This document shows, in pieces, positions 18,047 to 27,000 of a stretch of 64,000 bases of DNA (position 1 is its first letter; every line of letters begins with the position of its first letter). The notes beneath the pieces were generated by a model. The model was given only the letters and a program-made list of their open reading frames with translations, searched no databases and was not told the origin of the DNA. The position numbers and the translations under genes were made by a program. The DNA is taken from positions 96,001 to 160,000 of the IMG/VR virus record IMGVR_UViG_3300032213_003144. One strand, written 5' to 3'. Source of the DNA: a virus.

Positions 18047-21000
18047 TTGGTTCCAAAAATGTCAAATGAAGCATTCGAATACAAGTCATCGGCGCACGGC
18101 TCTCAGTCCATCAAAGGAACGGTCAGCCTAGACGAGGCCCAGGGGATAGTCGAATGTTTCGTAGCTGGAATTGGTAATAAAGACTCAGTCGGAGACGTAT
18201 GTGCTTCAGGAGCCTTCACAAAGAGCCTTCTTCGCAGAAAGCCAAGAGTTGTATGGGGCCACAACTGGAATGACCCTATTGGTAAAGTATTGGAAATATA
18301 CGAGGTTGGTCCACAGGACCCACGCCTCCCACTGAAAATGAAACTTGCCGGGATAGGCGGTTTGTTTGCAAAAGTTCAATTTAATCTAAGTTCAGAAAAA
18401 GGAAAAGAAGCATTTGCTAATGTCCACTTTTTCGGAGAAGAACAAGAGTGGTCGATTGGATACAAAACACTAAGAGCTCAGTTTGACCAAAAGTCGCAAG
18501 CAAATATTCTTTACGAAGTTGAACTCTACGAAGTTAGCCCTGTTCTCCACGGAGCCAATCAGCTAACAGGAACAATATCCGTTAAGGCAGATGATTCCGC
18601 CTACGGAGGTTCAGTAGCAATGATGCCGCAAAGAGAAGAGAGCAACGGCTACGAAGAAATGGAGAAGGAACTCTCCAATCTATTCGGTGCAAAAGTTTCT
18701 GTTCATTCAATCGATGGCGACGAGGTCGTATTCACACGCCAAGAGATGAACGGTGCGAAGAAGTACAAGTGCGGCTTCATGAGAAATCAAGGCCGATACA
18801 TGTTCGGAACTCCTGAAGTAATCAATATTCCGCAGTCCCCAGTTCGTTCTCCTCAATCAGCACCAATGCCTGTGGTGAGCGGAAGACCTACTCCACCCAA
18901 CGACCCACAACGCGTCATTAGACCACAACAGATGCCTTCAATACCAGTTGCGATTAAGCCAAGCGACAATGGGCTAATGATGATTCCTCTTCCAGCTGTT
19001 CAGTATGACTCAAACGAAAAGCCGTCCCTGGACAAGGAGGAAGCAGACCTCCGTGATGCGCTGTTAAAGATAGTTTCACGCCACGGCAAATTTAACGAAG
19101 ACTCTAACGGCGTATGGGCTGGATACAGCCCTGCAGAAGAAAACGAAGTAGCACGTATCGGTGTTAAATGCTCAAACTGCGTCTTCTATCAAGGCGGCTC
19201 AAAGTGCAAAATTATTGACATGCCAGTTGAGCCAGAAGGGAAATGCAGATTTGCTGTTATTCCAAATGGGATTGTTTTGAGCAGTGGTTCCAAAGAACTC
19301 GAAGAGCATGTTTCCGAAGCAGAAAATGCAATCATCGATGTACTAGAACTAAAATACCCAGGCGAGTTTGTTCTTGGAATTGTCAGAAATGCAGTTGGTA
19401 AGAAAAAGAAGAAAAGAAATAAATACAAAAATCTTTCAGAGTTTGGTGATGACGACGACATGGGTGAAAAGTCGTACGTAATACCAGTCGAGCCAAGTTT
19501 TGCATTTAGAGTAAAAACAGCCCTTGACCCAATATTCGATTACCACAGAGCAGAGACTTTTGTTGACTCAGAAGGAATAGTGATTACCTCTGGGGTAACT
19601 GAAAATCTCATAGACGCAGTCGATACGGCTCTTCACAACTTAAAAAAAAAATTCTCAGAACATGAAATAGAGGGAAAATCCCTCGGTTACAGAATAGGTC
19701 GGTCGCTTGGTTCGAGGCTCGTAGATAGACCAAACCTCGGTGGTGGTAGGGATAGAAACAACCGTGGCGGCGGTCGTGGATTCGGGATGCCGGATGGCGA
19801 CCTTGACCCCAGGACAAGAGTTGACAAGAATAGGGATGGAACACTTTTTGATAATGTCCCAGGATGGGAACAGCCAGACCCAACCCCAGATGGACCTGGT
19901 TCGATAAATAACCGAAAACTCTCTTCCTCACAAAGAAGAGATGTTGCCAATATTCCGAGCGAGAGCGTAAACCCAGAATCGGTAGACGGTGACGTAATAA
20001 AGAGCCGCAAACCAAGGTATACGGCTGATGACCTTGGTGAAATCCTTGGAGAAAAGAAGAAGCCAACGAAGAAGGCAGTAGCAAAAAAATCTCCTGTTAA
20101 AAAAGAAAAAGTAAAGCGTGGAGAACTTGATTTCGCTAAGGGTCCCAAAAAAGATAAGACACCATCACTATCCTCTGGTGAGGAAAGACCGCCACGTACT
20201 GCAGTTGCAATGCAGATGGACCCAAAGAATTCGAAGCTTGCAAGACAGATTGATTACGACCCACAGAATGGTGACCTCACTGTTTATTACAGAGATGGCA
20301 AAAAAGAAACATTCAATGATGTTCCTTATGACCGCGTGCGTAAGGCTGGATTTGACGACAAGCCAGATGCATTAATCAGTGCACTACAGAGAGAACAAAA
20401 GAAACCACAAGGCAGGATTAGTCTTGCATCTGGGGAGCAAGAAAAGAGACTTACCCGCCACTCTGGTGACCCAAAATTTGAATCACTTGTATCTCCAGAA
20501 GAACTTGAAAAGCGTAAGAAGTTTGAAGAAGTAATTAAAGACTGGAAAGACTCTGGTTACGGATGGGAAGACGTTCCTAGATACAAGCCAGACGTCTACA
20601 AGTCCCCGGATTATTTGCGTGGTAGGGAAATGGGCGTCAATCAGGCCAAAGTTATGTGGCGTGGAGATAGCACGGTAGAGAGACCAAAGGGATTCAACGA
20701 AAAGCAAAAAGCCTCACTTGATTATCAAGAGTGGTATTCACGAATGGTGATGAGGGCTGGAGCTTTTCTAGAAGCATCACGTGGCGATGACAACGAATTC
20801 TACAACGGCATGGAAGATGCCATGCATGAATTCATGTACAACAATAGACCAGATATAACAACCTACAACATCGATGGAGATAGAAAAGAACCGATGGCCG
20901 ACTGGATGCGTCAGTACGGATTCGACCCAGGCTCACCGACTCCATTAAGAAAGAAAAAAGAAGGAAAGAAGAGAAGTTCACTCTCCCTCTCTTCTGGCGC

Positions 21001-24000
21001 AGACGACGATACAAGACCAAACTTTGATGAAGAGAATTACGAAAGTGATACCAACGTAGATTTCTACGACACCCTTCTTGACATGATGGGCCCAGAAGAA
21101 GAAAGACCAAAAGTCACTTCTCGCAAAAAGCCAAAAGACATGAGTGATGAAGAGATTTATCGCAAGAGAACAACAACCGGAGCATCCCTGCAGGATGTTG
21201 CGGAAGAACTTGGTCTAACTAGAATGGAAGTTAGGAAGCGCGAACAACGACACATGCGCAAAATGCGCAATGAAAAAGACGGCGTATCACTTTCTTCTGG
21301 AGCAAGCGATGACTGGGCCACTTCTAGGGGATACGAGCCAGACAGATTCGACCTTCGCGAAACGATGAATCAAATTGGTAGAGGAAACATAATGGCCATA
21401 TCTGGTGGCCGCGTTGAGCGTAGAGGGAATGAAATGATTCTTCCTTCTACAAAAGACCAGCAAGTAGTCATCGGGTACAACTCGGTTCCAGACCTCTACT
21501 ACGTCAGAGCTGAGCAGAAAATAAATACAGGTAAGGACAAGGGAACCAACAGAATTCTTGCGCAATGGGACGAGGTTTATGCTGACGAAATTGGCGAACT
21601 CGCATATCAGGCAAGTCTCAAGCCAGCAAACCTCAATAGTGAGAACAAGGAGTACTGGAAGCTCGGCAAGGGAAATCAATTTGCAGACAGACTCGTTGAT
21701 AGACGTAGCGGAAAGCTCGTAAGCAGAGAATCAAGAAATCTTCCATCAAAGCCAGCGCCAGAGGAAAGCCCAACTCTTTCTTCGGGTGGCAGAGGTCGTG
21801 ACTACTACAACTACGACATAACAACAACCGATGAAGGAAATGGATTACTCGACCAGGTGCATGATTACCTTGAAGAGAACCCCCTAATCAAAGATGACAT
21901 AACAACCGATATTGCAGACATGCTCGGTGGAGATGGAATAGTTGAGGCTAATGGCTTTGACACAAAAAAGGCATTTGACCTGGTTACTGGTGGAGACGAT
22001 GAGTTCCAGGATTATATGGACATCGTTGATGATGCCATGGAGGCCCTAAGTAATGGCTCCCTAGCAAAGCACAAGGCAACCGTTCGCGATACGAATGTAA
22101 GACTTGAGTCAGCAAAGCCAGGCAGTAATGAAGCAGGAAAACTCGAAGCAATCCGTGATAGGTCGTACGAGTGGATTGGCGACATAAACAAGTATTCACG
22201 CGTATCCACAATTAAAGATAAGAAGAATATTGAAGCCAGCGACGTGGCAACAAGAATGATTTCCAAAGAGCAAGATTCGCTCTGGAATGCTCGCGCGTCA
22301 ATAACAGAAAAATATATTGAAGATATTGCTTCAGCTGGAAAAGAATCAAAGCGCCGTGTATCAATCAGCGCAGTAGATACAGACTCTCGCGACATTCCAG
22401 AGTATGATTTAGCTCTCTCGTCTGGCAGTGTTTTTAAGGATAAACCAGCATCAAAAACGCTTTCCGGTAAGGCTGATGGCCTTTCTCTTGCCTCTGGAGA
22501 AAATAAAAAGATTTATGACGAAATAGGTAAGTCCATTCTTGAGGCATTAATTGAGATGGATAAGAACCCAACAGCAACCTATTGGGACGTACCGTGGAGA
22601 ACACCAACCCTATACGCAAGAAACCCAACAAAGAATCGCCTTTATCAGGGAATGAACTCCCTACTGCTTGCCAATGCGCATAGGCAGAATAAGTACAGAG
22701 GAAATTTCTGGGCCGGGAAGACTCAGTGGGCAAAGTTCGGTGGAACAATAAAGAATGGCAAGGATGGAGTAAATATCCTTGTTCCAAGAGAGGGTTCAAC
22801 CGGAAAATACTTTGTCGTACAGACCGTATATAACCTCGATGATATTGAAGGGCTCCCAGATGCATATGTAAAGAAGCTTCTAGATACAGGAAAGGAACTT
22901 CTTGACCCAGCGACAAAGATAAAGGACGCCGAGTCGGTAATGGAGGAAATTAATCCTGTCATCAAGTTTGGCGGAGATGCTGCATACTTCTCAATTACGA
23001 ATGACCATATTCAAATGCCACCATACGAGATGTTTAAGTCTCCAGAGCAGTACTACTCAACCCTACTGCATGAGCTAACACACTGGACTGGCGGAAAGTC
23101 TCGTCTTGGAAGAAAGCAGGTAGGCCGCCAACAGGACAAGAAGGCTTATGCATACGAGGAATTAATTGCAGAAATGGGTTCTTCTTTCCTTCTTGCCGCA
23201 CTTGGCATCGCACCAGAAGTAAGACAAGACCACGTTGTTTATATCAAGAGTTGGATTTCCAACCTTCGCGAGGACCCGGGTGCATTCGTTAGAGCAATGA
23301 CTGAGGCGCAGCAGGCGGCAGACTGGGTCATGGATAGGTCTCCAACAATGAGAAGACTTTCCGGTGTACCTGATAGCGAAAGAAAAGGAAAGCCAGATGC
23401 GGTTGATGCTGGGGAATCCGCAGTCTCAGAAGTAGTTGAAGAGACTAAGGGCTCTGTTACAGCACTCTCATCCGGCTCTCAAGTTGGATTAAGGAAAGCA
23501 AAAGAACTCAGATACTTTGGCGATGAAAAAGAATATGGCTCAGGCATAACTCAAAGAGACTCCAGTGGAAGGATTCTTGATGAATCTGGAGCACTTTCTC
23601 TTTCAAGTGGTGCAAAACCAATCGTCAGCCTTGACGGTAAAACAACGATTCCAAGACTAGACGACTCTGTCTCGTATAGAGAAAAGTATAAGTTCCTTCC
23701 TGATGAATTTGAACCAACAGAACAACAAAAGGCTTCAATAGACACGCTTGTTCATATGCTTGAAAGTGAGACACCAGGGATTGTCGCTATTGGTGCTGGT
23801 GCTGGTTCAGGAAAGACAACCAACCTTAAACAGAATGCTCGTGCAGTTGCCGCACTTTACCCTGGAAAACAAATTTATTACACCGTATTCAATAGAGGAA
23901 ATGCTAAAGACGGAAACAGGGTGATGCCTAGAAATACAGGTGTTGCAACTGGGAACCAAATAGCATATTGGTCACTTGTTCTTGGAACTGGAGACGCCTT

Positions 24001-27000
24001 CTATGGTGCTGGAACAACCAGAAAGATACAACTCGGAGTTGGTCCAAGAGACTCCAAGAAGTTGCGAGGAGCAAAACGTAACACCGTGAACGTTGCAACC
24101 ACGTTTGAGGGAGAAACAAAGGAATTCGCAGGAGAGATACCAGGGTACAGAGAGCTTGGGTACACAAGCTATGACTCTGCACCGAATATCGCAGAACGCC
24201 TTGCTAAAGATGGGATTGTTGACGAAGAAACTGATGATGGTTTTACTATTTCCCAAAATCTCAAAAAAGCTCTTGGCAGGTTTGCTGAAAGCTCGGATGA
24301 GAAGCTGTCAAAACAACATTTCCTACTTCGTGATATAGAGAAAATTCAGGCATTACAAAATGGTGAACCAGTACCAACTGAAGATTCAATCGATGAAAAA
24401 ATGGTTCAATATGCACAAATGCTTTGGGATGAAACAGTTGACCCAAAATCAAACGTGCTTATCCCGCAGGACTATCAAATCAAGATGTGGGCCCTAACAA
24501 ATCCAGACCTTAGGTATGACAAAGGACTGATTGGTCACAGGCCAAACGAAACAGTGTTTGATAAAGTTTTTCTTGGAACCGTTGAGGAAATGAACTCCGG
24601 AAAAATAAAAGTCGGAGACCTTGTAGAATTTAAAATTCCAGAAACTGGAGAAAAAGTTGCAGCAGTAATACGAAAACTAAACCCTCCATCAAAGAAAGAA
24701 ACAAAAAAGGGTGAGCTATCTGGCAGTAGACAAGTAACCGGAACTGTATCGATTGTTTCTGTCACGAGTGATAAGCCTCTTGATGTGTTCATGTTCGACG
24801 AGGCCCAAGACGTAAACCCTGTGTTGGCAAAAGTACTCGCCGATAATGCAAAGAACATGCCGATAATAATGGTTGGCGACTCACGCCAAGCAATCTATGG
24901 GTTCAGAGGAGCCATGGATGCCCTGGAGAAAGCTAATGCAACATTCAGACTTCCTCTAACACGTTCATTTAGGTATGGAGCAATCCCTGCATATTTAGCC
25001 AATGTCGTGCTGATGCAAGGCAATATAGACGATTTTAACTTTTATCAAAACATGGGAACACCCGAAAAAAACATATGGCACCATGTTGTAGGAGAGGCGC
25101 AAAATGTTGTTATAAACGCGCTCAACATAAACGGACCAGATGGGAAAATACTTCCTAAAAAAGAACTTGAAAAGAAACTTAAATTCATAGAAGTTAAATA
25201 CAAACTTGGCGGAAGAGCTGTCGACTTTAAGGGCAAAAACGAAAAAGAAGTAAAAGACATCATTTCAAAACTTTACGACGAACATGTCCCACGCGCTGAA
25301 GGTCAGATAGTTGAGGACATGACTAGTGCTGATGCTGTTCTAACTTCTACCAACTCCGGAGTAATGGTCGAAGCCTTGAAGGTAATCCAGGACGGTATTA
25401 ATGCACATCAAATCGCGTATCTCGACCTAGATGGAATAGAAGATATAAAAAATCCAGAAGAGCTAGCTGGAAGACTAAGAACATTATCCGAGAAATACAC
25501 TCTTGATGGTGTTGCTGTAGACCTTATAGAAATATTGGAAAAAGATGGTAGAGATTCAATGCTCAATGCCGTCAATGAACTTAGAGAAGAATATGCTCCA
25601 GGTGGAGCTGACGGGAAAATACCAGCCATTGGCATACCTGCCGACACACATGAAAAGTTTCTTGATTTCTTCACTCAACTCGACTGGATTATTGGTGACC
25701 TTGATAAGAAGTTTGGAATCGAAGGAAGACCAAAACCATCTAAACTACTTAAAGACGTATGGAGATTTGATAAGAAAAAGGGCAGATACCCATCAAAAGA
25801 TGAGATGCTGGCAAAAATTGACAAGATGATTAAGGGTGGAGAATCAGAACTTCGCACGCTTTACAACCTTGCTTACCCCAAGTCCAAGGATGGAGGGGTA
25901 AGAGGTGATGCAAAAGGGGCAAGATTCTTTAAAGACCTTTTACGTCCACAAGGCCAAAAATATACTGACATAAATGGAACTGAGGTTAAGTACCAAGGCC
26001 TTAGACCAATGCGTGAAGGAATCAATCTTCCGAATATGGAATCTGGTCGAGACCACATAACTACCGAAGAGATGGACAGAGTCGGAAAGCTTAAGCCTGG
26101 AACAAAATCTGGAAGCAGCCAAAAAATTTCCTGGATAATACCCAAGAAGGAAGAGAGCGTATCTGATGGTGAGGTATTCGTAAAACTTCACATCGGAGAA
26201 AACGGAAAGCCATCTGGAGCGTTGATAATTGCAGGCGATGGAGCGCACGGAGGAAAGTACAAAGTCAGAAGATGGAATAAGGCCAAGAAAACCTGGAGCC
26301 CAATCGAAGAGGGGAAACCAGGGAAGATTGACTACCACGGTGATATATCAAAAGTTATAAAAAAGATGAAAGCTGAATACCCAGACGCCGTAATTGAATT
26401 TAGGCAGGGACTAATACAGCAAGTTGGTACAGCTCAGACATTCCCATCAGACATATCTGATGATTTTGTCCCACCAATGAAAGGTGATTTGCCAGATAGT
26501 TCTGTGCCAAGAGCTTCGCTTCCAGGGTTCTTCATACAAGGAAAAGACAGCGAAGAAACTGCGCGTCTTGCCAATGAACTCGGAAACAGGGTTAGACAAC
26601 TTGCCACGGAAGGAAACACGGATACCGACATTATGACGGTTCATGTTTCCAAGGGCAGGGAGTGGAAGAGGGTCAGACTCGCTGATGATTTCAAAAATCC
26701 TGAAGACATGGTCCCAGTAATACCAGAAGAAGAATTAGCAAAGTTAAGTCCAAAGGACAGACTTGCTGTCGAGAGACAGCTCCAATTGATGCGCAGAGAA
26801 GAGCACAACAAGGTATACATTGCAATAACCAGAGCTCAAGAGCAAATAGATATTGGCGCAGTTCTTGCAAAACTTTATTTTGATGATTCACAAAACGCAT
26901 CTATAAAAAGTGCAAAAGATAAAATTGCAGAAAATCCAGATGGAATATATGACGAGCTTCAGGCTCCTGCTGGTTTCTATGTTCCGTATTCTGGTGATAC

